From positions 6,904 to 70,903 of the forward strand of contig JAFCZJ010000002.1 in the NCBI GenBank assembly GCA_019314375.1: 64,000 nucleotides of DNA. The letters are read 5' to 3'. A program made the position numbers and the translations under genes. Below the pieces are notes generated by a model that worked only from the letters and a program-made list of their open reading frames with translations, was not told where the DNA came from and did no database searches. This DNA is from Deltaproteobacteria bacterium (lineage in GTDB: Bacteria > Myxococcota > B64-G9). Shown here piece after piece: positions 1 through 9,561 of this stretch (position 1 is the first letter of the stretch; each line of letters begins with the position of its first letter).

Positions 1-140
1 ATGACATCGAGCCCCCGCCCGCAGTCTTTGGGCGCATGGAGGCCGAGCATTTGGTCGGGGTGGGCCGGTTTGAGGGCGTGATGATAACCCTGATTGATTT
101 GGAGGAGGTCGTGCGACTCGACCCCTTCGTGTGCAAATAG
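1..140 (+). CDS. 3' end of a CheW-like-domain protein (CheA P5 domain or a second CheW), truncated by window edge
   Basis: Frame 3 reads ...GRFEGVMITLIDLEEVVRLDPFVCK and stops at TAG 138-140. It resembles the last strands of CheW-like domains and lies directly upstream of cheW/mcp. Confidence 0.4.
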   Translation, partial: DIEPPPAVFGRMEAEHLVGVGRFEGVMITLIDLEEVVRLDPFVCK

Positions 141-153
141 GACTAGGAGTGAA

Positions 154-612
154 ATGAGACAGGAAAATCAGAGCGTGCAGTTGTCTTCGTTTCGAGTCGG
201 AGAAGAGGTGTACGCCATCGACATCATGCGCATTCGGGAGATCATCAACCCTGTTCCGGTTACCCCTGTGCCTGAATCGATTGGTGCCATCGAAGGGGTT
301 ATCAATTTGCGCGGTGTCATCTTGCCCATCATCGATTTGCGAAAGCGTTTTGGTTTGACCGCTCTGACGGACTCCCGGTTGGTTAAGTACATTATTGCCT
401 TGGTGGATGGGCGTTTGTTCGGGTTTCGAGTTGACGAGGTCCTGGACGTGGTTCGGGTAGATACGGAGAAAATCAGCCCATCCCCGCAGCACGAAATGGG
501 TCGCGAACCAGGTCTCTTTGTGGGCGTTTGCCAGGTAAAGGATCGGTTGTTGTTGCTGTTGGATTTGCGGAAGATTATCCGGCCGCACGAGCGGGAACGA
601 GGTGCGACGTGA
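154..612 (+). CDS. cheW: Chemotaxis coupling protein CheW
   Basis: ATG 154 is preceded by AGGAG (145-149). VQLSSFRVGEEVYAIDIMRIREIINP...INLRGVILPIIDLRKRFGL is a textbook CheW domain. The track start at 94 is an upstream in-frame TTG and was not used. Confidence 0.85.
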   Translation: MRQENQSVQLSSFRVGEEVYAIDIMRIREIINPVPVTPVPESIGAIEGVINLRGVILPIIDLRKRFGLTALTDSRLVKYIIALVDGRLFGFRVDEVLDVVRVDTEKISPSPQHEMGREPGLFVGVCQVKDRLLLLLDLRKIIRPHERERGAT

Positions 613-3164
613 GTGGAAAAAATGGGCTGCGGTTTCGTCGAACCCATCTGGGTGTGCTGGCCTTGGCCGGAATTTTACTGGTTGGCGCGTCTTCGGTATT
701 GGGTGCATTGGACAGGCTAATTCTGGTTTTGCTGCCCGCCTTGCTGGTTGTGGCCGCGCCGGCACATTTGTTTCGGCTTTGGTTGTCTGGTCGGCGTCTG
801 GCTCCTCTGCAAGAGCTGTTCGATAGACTGAAGACTGAGAGTCGAATCAAGCAGATCGAGGCAGAGCAAGGCTTGCGGATTATCGCGCGGTTCCCTATTC
901 GGGAGGCTGTCACAGGCGTAATCATTTGGCCCCTGGGGGCGCTGGGCATCTTTTTCGCCACTGATTTTCTTGTCGGCATGTCTTCATGGCAGGCTTTGAT
1001 CGTGATCGTTTTGGGCGTGGTTGTTGGTTGGATCGATGCCTTGTTGGTGTATCACGCCGGGATGCGTTTTTTGGATCCCATCCGGAGCGAGTTGGAGAGC
1101 AACCTGGATCCCGCCGCCTTGGCGCGGCAGCCGGCCCAGCGCTTGACTTTTCAGTTGATCGTCTCTGTGCTGGTGGTTTTGGTGCTGGGCCTGGGCATGG
1201 TGTCGCTGGTTTGGTTCGGCTTGATGCGCGACAGCAAAGCTGAACAGATTCTTGCAAGCCATCGGGCCTCCTTTCTTGCTGCCGTCCGGTCCATGCCTCC
1301 AGGATTGAGCGATCCCGTTCGTTTGGCGGATGCCTTGCGCGATGCGGGAGACGATTCGGGGCTCGGCCTCGATTTGGTGGTCATCGATTCCAAGGGGCAG
1401 GTGGTGGCCGGAGCTCAGCCCTTGACCCCATACCGAGACTGGCTGAAGCTTATCGCTGAGAATGGTGCTTCGGAATGGAGTGATCTTCAGTCTCCTTTTC
1501 TTTTCATGGCCCGGCGAATGTCGCCGGAGCATCTGTTGGTATGGGTGGCTGAGATGGATGTGGTCCACCAGGCCATGGGCACGAAACGTTGGCGGGCCAT
1601 GTTGGGTGTTCTGCTTACCGCGTTGGCCTGCCTGGTTCTGGGGGCCTCGGTTGTGAGGACTGGACTCAGCCCCCTGGGCGCACTTTCCGAGCGGATTCGG
1701 TCGTATCATGGCGATGATGTACCGGCCCCGGCACCAGGCCTTGGGGAATTGCCCGTCCTGTCGCAGGCCGTCGAGGATTTCGCGACCGCGGTGCGCAACA
1801 CGCTGAAAACGGGCCGCCAGGCGGTGGGCGGTTTGATGATCGAGCATCGCCAGATGAAAAACAAAGTCATCGGGGTCACCAACGCAGCAACTTTGCGCGG
1901 TGAGATGGCGGAACAGACCGCCGCCTCTGTGTTTGAGATGCGTTCCTCTATTCGAAGCGTGACCGAGCAAGTGAGATCGTTGAAGGAGGCCTCGACGGAT
2001 GGATCGAGCGCCCTCTTCGAGATCGATCAGAGTGTCCGAGAGGTGGCATCCTCCGCTGAGAGTTTGCAAGGGGTGGCGGATGTTGTGGCCAAAACCTTTC
2101 GTCAGGTGGACGGCACCATGGTGCAGGTGATCATGGACGTGGACGAGTTGGCTTTGCAGGCCGAGAAAGCTTCCACCTCTATCGCCATCATGGATGATGC
2201 CATTCGGGAGGTGGAAAGCAACACATCGGAGACCCATCGTCTGTCGCAGGAGGTCAGTGAGATAGCCGCCCTCGGTGCCGATTCGGTTCGGGAGACCATC
2301 ACGGGAATTCAAGAAATCAAGAGCGTGACCCAGGAAGCGCGCGAGGTTATCAATCGGCTCGGTGGCGAGATGGCGGCGGTGGGCAAGATCTTGACCGTCA
2401 TCAGCGATGTGGCGGAGCAGACCAATCTATTGGCTCTCAACGCAGCAATCATCGCCGCGGCGGCTGGTGAGCACGGCAAGGGCTTTGCCGTATTGGCGGA
2501 TGAGATTAAAAAATTGGCTGATCGAACGGCAAGTTCAACCAAGGAAATTGCCATCCTCATCAAGTCGGTGCAGACCGAATCAAGTCGGGCGGTGGACGCC
2601 ATCGAGCGTGGTTTTGGCAGTGTGCAGCGAGGAGAAGGCCTGGCCAACAATGCAGGCGAGGCCTTGAAACAAATTCTGACCTCGGTCCGCCGAGTCAACC
2701 AGATGGCCGATGACATTGCCGGCAGCACGGCCGAGCATACCAACACGAGTCGCATCATTTCGATTTCCATGGGCGAGATTGGCTCCATGGTGCGAAATAT
2801 TCGGCAGACCATGGGAGAGCAAGAGGAGAAGAACCAGCGCATGCGACTCTCCTCGGAGCAGATGCAGGAAGATGCACGTTTTGTGGTTCGCTCAGCCCAT
2901 GAGCAGTCTCAGGCCGTTTCCGCGGTGAGCCGCAATATGGAGCGTATGAATGAGATGGTTGGCTTCATCTCCAAGGCCATGGACGAGCAGAGTCAAGGGG
3001 TGGAGCATGTTACCCGCACCACGGAGCAGCTTCGGGATGCCTTCCTTTCCGAGATGAGTCAACTGAGTGATCTGGAGCAAAATGCCGAGTTGATCCATGA
3101 TCACACCAAGCAGCTGGCCGAGCAACTCGAGCGATTTGGGGGAGTCAGGAGGCGCGGAAAATGA
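609..3164 (+). CDS. Methyl-accepting chemotaxis protein, multi-pass membrane N-terminus
   Basis: GTG 609 overlaps the cheW stop (GTGA). Several hydrophobic N-terminal segments are followed by the conserved MCP signalling-hairpin motif EQTNLLALNAAIIAAAAGEHGKGFAVLADEIKKLADRT. The stop overlaps the next start (ATGA at 3161). Confidence 0.9.
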   Translation: MSGKNGLRFRRTHLGVLALAGILLVGASSVLGALDRLILVLLPALLVVAAPAHLFRLWLSGRRLAPLQELFDRLKTESRIKQIEAEQGLRIIARFPIREAVTGVIIWPLGALGIFFATDFLVGMSSWQALIVIVLGVVVGWIDALLVYHAGMRFLDPIRSELESNLDPAALARQPAQRLTFQLIVSVLVVLVLGLGMVSLVWFGLMRDSKAEQILASHRASFLAAVRSMPPGLSDPVRLADALRDAGDDSGLGLDLVVIDSKGQVVAGAQPLTPYRDWLKLIAENGASEWSDLQSPFLFMARRMSPEHLLVWVAEMDVVHQAMGTKRWRAMLGVLLTALACLVLGASVVRTGLSPLGALSERIRSYHGDDVPAPAPGLGELPVLSQAVEDFATAVRNTLKTGRQAVGGLMIEHRQMKNKVIGVTNAATLRGEMAEQTAASVFEMRSSIRSVTEQVRSLKEASTDGSSALFEIDQSVREVASSAESLQGVADVVAKTFRQVDGTMVQVIMDVDELALQAEKASTSIAIMDDAIREVESNTSETHRLSQEVSEIAALGADSVRETITGIQEIKSVTQEAREVINRLGGEMAAVGKILTVISDVAEQTNLLALNAAIIAAAAGEHGKGFAVLADEIKKLADRTASSTKEIAILIKSVQTESSRAVDAIERGFGSVQRGEGLANNAGEALKQILTSVRRVNQMADDIAGSTAEHTNTSRIISISMGEIGSMVRNIRQTMGEQEEKNQRMRLSSEQMQEDARFVVRSAHEQSQAVSAVSRNMERMNEMVGFISKAMDEQSQGVEHVTRTTEQLRDAFLSEMSQLSDLEQNAELIHDHTKQLAEQLERFGGVRRRGK

Positions 3165-5176
3165 GCAAGGGAGACAAACAACGTGTCCTGGATGCCCTCT
3201 CGAGCTCTGTCGAAGAGATCAGACACCAGGCCGTCCGCCGCCTGCCGGAGGTCTTTGACGAGGTGCCCGAGGACCCCTTGATGCAAGCGCTGGGCGATGT
3301 CAGTTGGCGCGTTCGGAAAGATGTTTTGCTTCTCTTGGACGAGCTCCAGGCTGGGCCCGAATTGTTGCGTAGACTGGTGTCCGCCCTGGGGGAGGCTGAT
3401 AACGTTGGATTGCGCAACGCGGCATCCGAGGCTTTGATTCGTTTCGGTGAAGCATCTGTTCCCGCCTTGCTCGTCTTGTTGGCGGACGGGGATGAAGATG
3501 AGCGAAAATTCGCCGCGGATATCCTCGGGAATATCGGATCCAGTACCGCAGCGGAGGGCCTGATTCTGGCAATTCGAGACGGGGATTCAAATGTTCGGGC
3601 CTCGGCTTGCGAGGCTCTGGGCAGCGTTGGACCCGAGGACGCTGTTTCTGCTTTGACCCAAACCCTGGCCGATGGGGATCTCCTGGTGCGTTTGTCTTGC
3701 CTCGATGCACTCGTCCGCCTGGAGGCAAGACTTGAGGCGGGGTTGCTCATCCCCCTGTTCTCGGTGGCCCCTCTCAGGCCCGTCTTGTATCGCCTCTTGG
3801 CCCGATCGCCCGATGTCGAAGAAGCCCGAGAACAGCTTTTGCAGGCCTTGCTGTCACGCTCTCGCTCTGAGCGCCATGCCGCTACTCAGGCACTGGTGGC
3901 ACTCTATGAGGGTGCCGACCGAAGGCAACAAGTGCAAATTCGAGTGGCCCTGACTCGGTTCTCGGCCGATCAGGGGCTCGTCGAGCACCTGAGGAGCATG
4001 TTACGTCGGGGCGACGAAATGCAACAGGCAGCCGCCATGGTTTTGTTGGGATGGACGGGGCAGAGCGAGGTCGTAGCTGATTTAATCGAGGCAGCAGTGG
4101 ATGACCGCAGCTTTGAGCGGGCATACGAGGCCTTATTGGCCATCGGGCCTCGGTCGGTCTCGGCCATGCTTGAGGCATTTGACGGGGCCGGGCAAGGTCG
4201 TCAGGTTTTGATACTTAATCTTTTGGGCCACTTCAAGAGACCGGAGAGCTTGTCCCATATCGTGGAGGCTTGTCTGGGTTCCGAGGAGGAGGTGGCCGAG
4301 GCAGCCCAACGAGCTTTGGGAATGTTCGGCGACCCCTCAGTCATTCCCACGATTGTCTCTTTGTTGTCTACCGGGCAAACTCCCCTGCCGCGCGGCGCAA
4401 TCGATTCTTTGATTCATATAGGGGGGCGCTATCGCGAGCAGGTTTTTGCAGCCGTCGAGCCACTGCTGGCTCAAGAGGGCACCCGAGCCGCTGCGGCCGA
4501 AGTTCTCTGCGGCATTTCCCACAAGGAAGAGATAGATGTAATCCTTCGCCTGCTGAACGATGGGCAAGCGCAGGTTCGGGTCGCCGCAATCGGGGCGATC
4601 GGGCGCTTGGGCGGAGACGATTTGATAGGAAAAATAGCCACGGCCCTGACCGACGAACACGCCTCGGTGCGTGTGGCGGCTGCGGCAGCCTTGGGTCTGC
4701 GGAATTCGGAGCAAGCTCGGGCTGCCTTGCGTGTGGCCCTGGGTGATGAGAATCCCTGGGTCGTGAAAGAGGCCATCTCGGGTCTGGCGCGCGGAGTCGA
4801 CCCCCAGTCCATGACCCAAATGCGAGACCTGGTGTTGCATCCCCACGGATTGGTGGCCCGGGAGGCGGTGAAGGCTCTGGCTGATAGTGGCCTGAAACAG
4901 GACCAGGAACTTTGGTTGCGTGCCAGCAAGCATCCCGACAGCGATGTGGTTAAGCAGGTGATCGCTTCTTCGATGTCCTGGTCTGCAGAGACCCGCGACG
5001 CGATTTTGTTTGCCGTCTTGGACGATGAACGCTGGGATGTGCGTATCGCGGCGGTGCGAGGCCTTGTGGACACAAGGCATCCAGAGGCCATGCAAGCACT
5101 GGCCCGTCGGCTCGAGAAAGAGGATGATGCGCTGGTTCGGGAAGCTTTGGAGGCAGCCCTGCGGCCGCCTGCGTAG
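3161..5176 (+). CDS. HEAT / PBS-lyase-like repeat protein embedded in the che operon
   Basis: 671 aa of degenerate ~30-aa repeats of the D..VR..A..ALG.IG type (DSNVRASACEALGSVG, QAQVRVAAIGAIGRLG, HASVRVAAAAALG, ERWDVRIAAVRGL). Translationally coupled to the MCP. Confidence 0.75.
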   Translation: MSKGDKQRVLDALSSSVEEIRHQAVRRLPEVFDEVPEDPLMQALGDVSWRVRKDVLLLLDELQAGPELLRRLVSALGEADNVGLRNAASEALIRFGEASVPALLVLLADGDEDERKFAADILGNIGSSTAAEGLILAIRDGDSNVRASACEALGSVGPEDAVSALTQTLADGDLLVRLSCLDALVRLEARLEAGLLIPLFSVAPLRPVLYRLLARSPDVEEAREQLLQALLSRSRSERHAATQALVALYEGADRRQQVQIRVALTRFSADQGLVEHLRSMLRRGDEMQQAAAMVLLGWTGQSEVVADLIEAAVDDRSFERAYEALLAIGPRSVSAMLEAFDGAGQGRQVLILNLLGHFKRPESLSHIVEACLGSEEEVAEAAQRALGMFGDPSVIPTIVSLLSTGQTPLPRGAIDSLIHIGGRYREQVFAAVEPLLAQEGTRAAAAEVLCGISHKEEIDVILRLLNDGQAQVRVAAIGAIGRLGGDDLIGKIATALTDEHASVRVAAAAALGLRNSEQARAALRVALGDENPWVVKEAISGLARGVDPQSMTQMRDLVLHPHGLVAREAVKALADSGLKQDQELWLRASKHPDSDVVKQVIASSMSWSAETRDAILFAVLDDERWDVRIAAVRGLVDTRHPEAMQALARRLEKEDDALVREALEAALRPPA

Positions 5177-5187
5177 AGGGTGATTTT

Positions 5188-6063
5188 ATGGTCGACTGGC
5201 CCAGCGCGCGTATCTTGATGAGTCCTGAGGAATTCAGGATCTTGCGGGATTTGGTACAGACGCACTGCGGTATCTATTTTCAAAATGACCAGCAATATCT
5301 CTTCACGCGACGTTTGGATAGCCGGCTCAAGGAACTCGGTTTGCAGGACTACACGGAGTATCATCGCCACCTGCGTTATGCGGAGGATCGAAGGCTGGAG
5401 ATGGAGCGACTGGTCGAACTTCTGACCACGAACGAGACTTATTTTTTTCGAGAAGAATACCAGCTCAAGGCTTTTTCCGAGGAGATTTTGCCCGATTTGA
5501 TCCTTCGGCGGGCGAGCCATCGGCGCCTGCGGATTTGGTCAGCCGGATGCTCGACTGGCGAAGAGGTTTACACTCTCGCCATGTTGCTTTTAGAGAATCC
5601 ACAGCTTGAGGGCTGGAGCCTTGAGGTCTTTGGCAACGACATTTCTCGCAAGGTGCTGCAGACTGCAAGGAAAGGGGTTTACGGTAAAAGTGCCATGCGT
5701 GTCATTGAGCCCTATTTCCTGCGGAAGTACTTTCGCAAGGAGGGCGATCGCTACCGGGTGGTGGATGAAGTGAGGGACATCGTTTCCTTCGGTCAACTCA
5801 ACCTTCTGGACACCGACATGCTTGAGTTGCTTGGACCGGTTAGTGTTGTTTTTTGTCGGAATGTACTGATCTATTTCGACAGGGATGCCCGTCTCCGGGT
5901 TTTGGAGACTTTCAGGAAAAAGATGGTTGAGGGGGGGTATTTATTGTTGGGCCACTCTGAATCCCTGGTTAACTTGAGCACGGATTTTGAGCTGGTCACT
6001 TTGAAAAACGACATGGTGTATCGGAAACCCAGGTTGCGTGATTTTGGGGAGACTTCTCAATGA
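5188..6063 (+). CDS. cheR: Chemotaxis protein methyltransferase CheR
   Basis: GAGGG RBS. TNETYFFRE and the SAM-binding RIWSAGCSTGEEVYTLAML motifs are present. Confidence 0.9.
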   Translation: MVDWPSARILMSPEEFRILRDLVQTHCGIYFQNDQQYLFTRRLDSRLKELGLQDYTEYHRHLRYAEDRRLEMERLVELLTTNETYFFREEYQLKAFSEEILPDLILRRASHRRLRIWSAGCSTGEEVYTLAMLLLENPQLEGWSLEVFGNDISRKVLQTARKGVYGKSAMRVIEPYFLRKYFRKEGDRYRVVDEVRDIVSFGQLNLLDTDMLELLGPVSVVFCRNVLIYFDRDARLRVLETFRKKMVEGGYLLLGHSESLVNLSTDFELVTLKNDMVYRKPRLRDFGETSQ

Positions 6064-7145
6064 TCAAGAACGGTAAAGACGCGCCCGTTCGGGTGATGGT
6101 GGTAGATGATTCGAGGTCCAATCGTGAGACCATCAAGACCTTGTTGAGCGAGGAGCGAGGTGTGGTGGTCGTGGCCGAGGCCGCCGACGGCGAGGAGGCC
6201 CTGAAGGAGGCCAATCGGCATTTGCCGGATGTCATTACCCTCGATCTTCAGATGCCCAAAATGGACGGGTTCACATTCCTGCGCATCCTGATGGGCCACC
6301 GGCCCACACCTGTCATTGTGGTTAGCTCTTATTCGGATCAGCATAGCGTGTTCCGCGCTTTGGAATTTGGGGCCTTGGATTTTGTGGCGAAACCGAGCCG
6401 TAGTGCTGCAGGCTTGGAAATCATCCGGCAGGAATTGTTGGCCAAGTTGATGCTTGTTCGCCGTTTGCAGGTTTCTGCCTTGACCGAGCGGCGTCAGGTG
6501 GTACCGGCAGGCACTGAGCCGAAGCCGCAAATCGAATATTCGATCGATGACAATCAGCCAGCCGGCCTTGTCGTCATCGGGGCTTCGACCGGTGGCCCAA
6601 GTGCAGTCCATACCCTGTTGGCGGGATTGCCGCCGGATTTGCCCTTGAGCTATTTGGTGGCGCAGCACATGCCGGAACAGTTCACGGGCACCTTTGCTGA
6701 GCGTTTGAACGGACAGATCGCCATGTCAGTCGTGGAGGCGGTGGATGGCTTGCGACTGGCAGCCGGCCAGGTCGTTATCGCTAAGGGAGGCCATCACCTG
6801 CAGGTCCAGCGGGCCGAGGGGTATTTGTGTGTAGATCTCACATCAGCGGCAGAAGGAAGTCGTCATGTGCCATCCATTGATACCCTCTTCTTCTCCGCGG
6901 CGAAGGTCATGGGAAAGGCCTGCCTGGGCATCATTTTGACCGGCATGGGAGATGATGGTGCCCAGGGTGTTCGATCCCTGAAAAAGGCGGGGGGGAGTAC
7001 CTTGGCTGAGTCGAAGGAAACGGCCATCATTTATGGTATGCCCTACGAGGCCAAGGCCACCGGTGCGGTGGATAAGAGTTGCCGGTTGACGGATCTGGCA
7101 TCGGAAGTGGCAAAATTCGGCCAAGCGTTTTTGAGGGCCGAGTAG
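6060..7145 (+). CDS. cheB: Protein-glutamate methylesterase CheB (receiver + methylesterase)
   Basis: ATGA overlap with cheR. Receiver motifs (VMVVDDS, DVITLDLQMPKMDG) are followed by esterase motifs (GASTGGP, GMGDDGA). Confidence 0.9.
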   Translation: MIKNGKDAPVRVMVVDDSRSNRETIKTLLSEERGVVVVAEAADGEEALKEANRHLPDVITLDLQMPKMDGFTFLRILMGHRPTPVIVVSSYSDQHSVFRALEFGALDFVAKPSRSAAGLEIIRQELLAKLMLVRRLQVSALTERRQVVPAGTEPKPQIEYSIDDNQPAGLVVIGASTGGPSAVHTLLAGLPPDLPLSYLVAQHMPEQFTGTFAERLNGQIAMSVVEAVDGLRLAAGQVVIAKGGHHLQVQRAEGYLCVDLTSAAEGSRHVPSIDTLFFSAAKVMGKACLGIILTGMGDDGAQGVRSLKKAGGSTLAESKETAIIYGMPYEAKATGAVDKSCRLTDLASEVAKFGQAFLRAE

Positions 7146-7220
7146 CGCATCTGTATGGGATGTTGATTGAGCCACCGGGGTCGGTGTGCTATGTTTGTGC
7201 CTCAGTTGAGGAGCGTAAGA

Positions 7221-8000
7221 ATGTCGGAACGCAAGAATGAACAGGATGGTCTTGAATTTCTTAGGACATTCAAGCGAGGGGTTGAGTTTACCGAAGAACT
7301 CATGGCGGAGAACGTACGTTTGCGGGAACGCTTGATGGATTTGGAGGCTCAGCTTGCCTCTAAGGATAACGAACAGGCGGATTCGAGGGAATCCCAGTCT
7401 CAGCGCGAGTCCATGGAGTTGGAAAACGCGGATTTTCATCGACGGCATGGAGAGATTGATGCGGAGTACGATCGGCTGGCCAAGCTTTATGTGACGAGTT
7501 ATCAGTTGCATTCCTCCCAGAATGTGAATCAGGTGATGGCTATCGTTTCAGAGGTTCTGACCAACCTGGTCGGTGCCAAGTCATTCGCTTTTTACGTCAA
7601 GAAAGGAACGAAGCTTGTTCCTTTGCAGGCGACAGGTTGCGAGGCGGAGCATCTTGATAGCTACAACGAGCAGCACGCCATTGCCAAAGCCCTGGAAGCC
7701 GGTGAACTCTGGCTTGATGATGGCCACGGCCATCAGGGCACTGCTGCGGTCCCCTTGGTCGCCATCCCCTTGCGTATTGGTCGTGCGGGTTTGGGCATGT
7801 TTTCAGTATTGAGCCTGTTTGAGCAGAAAGAGTGTGTGACGGAATTGGATCAGGAGTTGTTCAGGCTGCTGGGTACGCACGCAAGCACCGCTTTGTCGGC
7901 AGCCTTACTCTACGCTGCTGTCGGGGACGAATCAGAATTGGTCGAGCGATTGATCGATCAGATCGGGCTTGCCTTGGGCGGGGACGGGAAGACGTCATGA
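7221..8000 (+). CDS. Coiled-coil + GAF-like domain protein
   Basis: ATG 7221 is preceded by GAGGAG. A charged heptad-like N-terminal ~100 aa is followed by a C-terminal segment with a GAF-like pattern (VAIPLRIGRAGLGMFSVLSLF ... ELFRLLGTHASTALSAALLY). The domain call is by eye only. Confidence 0.5.
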   Translation: MSERKNEQDGLEFLRTFKRGVEFTEELMAENVRLRERLMDLEAQLASKDNEQADSRESQSQRESMELENADFHRRHGEIDAEYDRLAKLYVTSYQLHSSQNVNQVMAIVSEVLTNLVGAKSFAFYVKKGTKLVPLQATGCEAEHLDSYNEQHAIAKALEAGELWLDDGHGHQGTAAVPLVAIPLRIGRAGLGMFSVLSLFEQKECVTELDQELFRLLGTHASTALSAALLYAAVGDESELVERLIDQIGLALGGDGKTS

Positions 8001-8374
8001 CGAAAATTCTACAGGCTTTGGTGGTGGAAGATTCTCCAACCATGCGTCAGTTGATTGGCTTCGCCTTGCGTCGTATCCCGGGCCTTGAGGTTGATGAGGC
8101 CGATGACGGCGTGGCCGGTCTCAAGAAATTGGCGGAGAAGCGATTTGATATTTTGATCACCGACATCAATATGCCCATCATGGATGGCTTGAAGCTGGTG
8201 AGCCTGGTGCGCAAGGATGAAAAGCACAAGGATATCCCCATCGTTATCATCACAACGGAAGGGGCGGCAGAGGATCGGCAGCGAGCTTTGAATCTGGGGG
8301 CCAACGCATACATCACCAAACCCATTCAGGCACCACAGGTTATCGATTGCGTGCGCAAACTTTTGGATCGCTGA
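7997..8374 (+). CDS. cheY: Single-domain response regulator (CheY-like)
   Basis: ATG 7997 overlaps the previous stop (ATGA). The 125-aa receiver carries ALVVEDS, DILITDINMPIMDG and ITKP motifs. The track start at 7832 was rejected. Confidence 0.85.
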   Translation: MTKILQALVVEDSPTMRQLIGFALRRIPGLEVDEADDGVAGLKKLAEKRFDILITDINMPIMDGLKLVSLVRKDEKHKDIPIVIITTEGAAEDRQRALNLGANAYITKPIQAPQVIDCVRKLLDR

Positions 8375-8387
8375 TCCTCCCAAAATA

Positions 8388-8416
8388 TTGACAGATTTTA
8401 ACGACTGGCCTAACAT
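8388..8416 (+). promoter_or_regulatory. Candidate sigma70-type promoter
   Basis: TTGACA (8388-8393), 17-nt spacer, TAACAT (8411-8416); about 30 nt upstream of the 8447 start. Confidence 0.35.
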
Positions 8417-8446
8417 TTTGAAGTACACAAGCAGGAGTGCATTGTT

Positions 8447-9460
8447 TTGGTCCAGACTAAAACCATCATAGTTCTTCTCGTCGGATTGGGGCTCTGTATT
8501 CCTCTCTCGATTGGAGCCCAGGAGGAGGAGTACGGGAAGGTCCAGTATTATCGAGGGATCAAGCAGTCCTACGGTATCGTCACAACATTGCAGACTGATT
8601 TGGATGGGGATGGGTCGAGCGAATCCGTGATCTGTTACCGGGATCCCGATCGGGCATTGAATCAACAGGGAGGCGTGTTGATCCTGTCCGGTGGCAATGT
8701 GGCGTGGCATGCTCTTTTTGAGGCCATGTATCCTGAAGAGGTCAAGGCAAACGGAAATGTCTTGAGTTTCTCCCTGGTGCAGGTGGGGAAGGCCGGCCCC
8801 AAGAAGGTGAATAAGACTTTTGAGCTCGGTAAGGATTTCTTTTTTCGCTCTGACGAGCACAGTCCTTTCTACGACGTGAAGGTTTCCGCCAGCTCGACGC
8901 TTAAGGGTGCCGAATTGGATCCCGGTATGGTTTTCGACGGGAATCTGAAGACCGCCTGGGCCGAGGGCGGGGAGGGAACCGGTGTCGATGAGTCGGTGAC
9001 CCTGACCTTCGCCAGGCCCGTTAATCTGGGTTTGATGGGCGTGTTGCACGGCAATTTCGCCGGACGACGGCCCTGGCGTGACAACAACAGGTTGCATCGA
9101 GCCGAGGCCACGGTGGAGACTTCCTCGGATCGTTTTGATGCCGAAAGTGATGTGGACTTCGAAGAGGATTTGGGTCTGGGTCTCTATGGAGACCGGGTGG
9201 AGTTGAGCTTCACCAATAAGCCCATCATGCGTTATTTCAAAGTCGGCTCAAAGAACGTCACGAGCCTGGAGCTCAAGATTACCTCAGTCTTGTTGGGCGA
9301 AAAGAACGACGACACCTACATTGCCGAGATCGATTTCGCCGAACTCATCCCAAGAAATGTCCTTCTGGGCAAAGCCAAACCCGTGGTCAAGAAGAAGAAG
9401 GCGGATGAAGCCCCCGAGCCCAAGTCGAATGACGACTGGGTGGATGAAGATGACTTTTAG
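8447..9460 (+). CDS. Secreted protein with discoidin (F5/8 type C)-like glycan-binding segment
   Basis: TTG start with AGGAG at 8433-8437. Signal peptide IIVLLVGLGLCIPLSIGAQE. DGNLKTAWAEGGEGTGVDESVTLTF resembles discoidin-type domains. Lys-rich/acidic tail. Confidence 0.55.
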   Translation: MVQTKTIIVLLVGLGLCIPLSIGAQEEEYGKVQYYRGIKQSYGIVTTLQTDLDGDGSSESVICYRDPDRALNQQGGVLILSGGNVAWHALFEAMYPEEVKANGNVLSFSLVQVGKAGPKKVNKTFELGKDFFFRSDEHSPFYDVKVSASSTLKGAELDPGMVFDGNLKTAWAEGGEGTGVDESVTLTFARPVNLGLMGVLHGNFAGRRPWRDNNRLHRAEATVETSSDRFDAESDVDFEEDLGLGLYGDRVELSFTNKPIMRYFKVGSKNVTSLELKITSVLLGEKNDDTYIAEIDFAELIPRNVLLGKAKPVVKKKKADEAPEPKSNDDWVDEDDF

Positions 9461-9531
9461 AGGTTCTAATCCGGGAACCCCCAATCCTTTCCAGCCCCCA
9501 GCACCGAAAAAGCAACCCCGTAGAGCCTTTT

Positions 9532-9557
9532 ATCCCGCGCCGCAAGCGGTGCGGGAT
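9532..9557. terminator. GC-rich hairpin between convergent genes
   Basis: ATCCCGCGCCGC-AA-GCGGTGCGGGAT forms a long stem (one G.T pair). No clear U-tract on either strand. Confidence 0.35.
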
Positions 9558-9561
9558 TGGT

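Noticed and set aside
94-153. Upstream alternative starts proposed by the ORF track (94 for cheW; likewise 528, 7167, 7832, 9562-10425, 10278-11000, 20852, 23800-24201, 26538, 38582, 45323, 49166-52087, 52174, 52997, 53788, 58606-61023)
   Set aside because: In each case an internal ATG/GTG has a Shine-Dalgarno sequence or a 4-nt overlap with the preceding stop. That internal start yields a proper signal peptide or domain N-terminus, whereas the upstream extensions overlap neighbouring genes or are compositionally odd.
984-2312. 442-aa minus-strand ORF inside the MCP gene (similar cases: 4471-5520, 8009-9097, 12835-13857, 14772-16316, 30485-31729, 46816-48117, 49472-50539, 59707-60582, 62666-63334)
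   Set aside because: All lie antisense to CDS with clear family motifs or signal peptides, have low-complexity R/G/H/P-rich translations, and lack RBS/start context. They are treated as GC-driven spurious ORFs.
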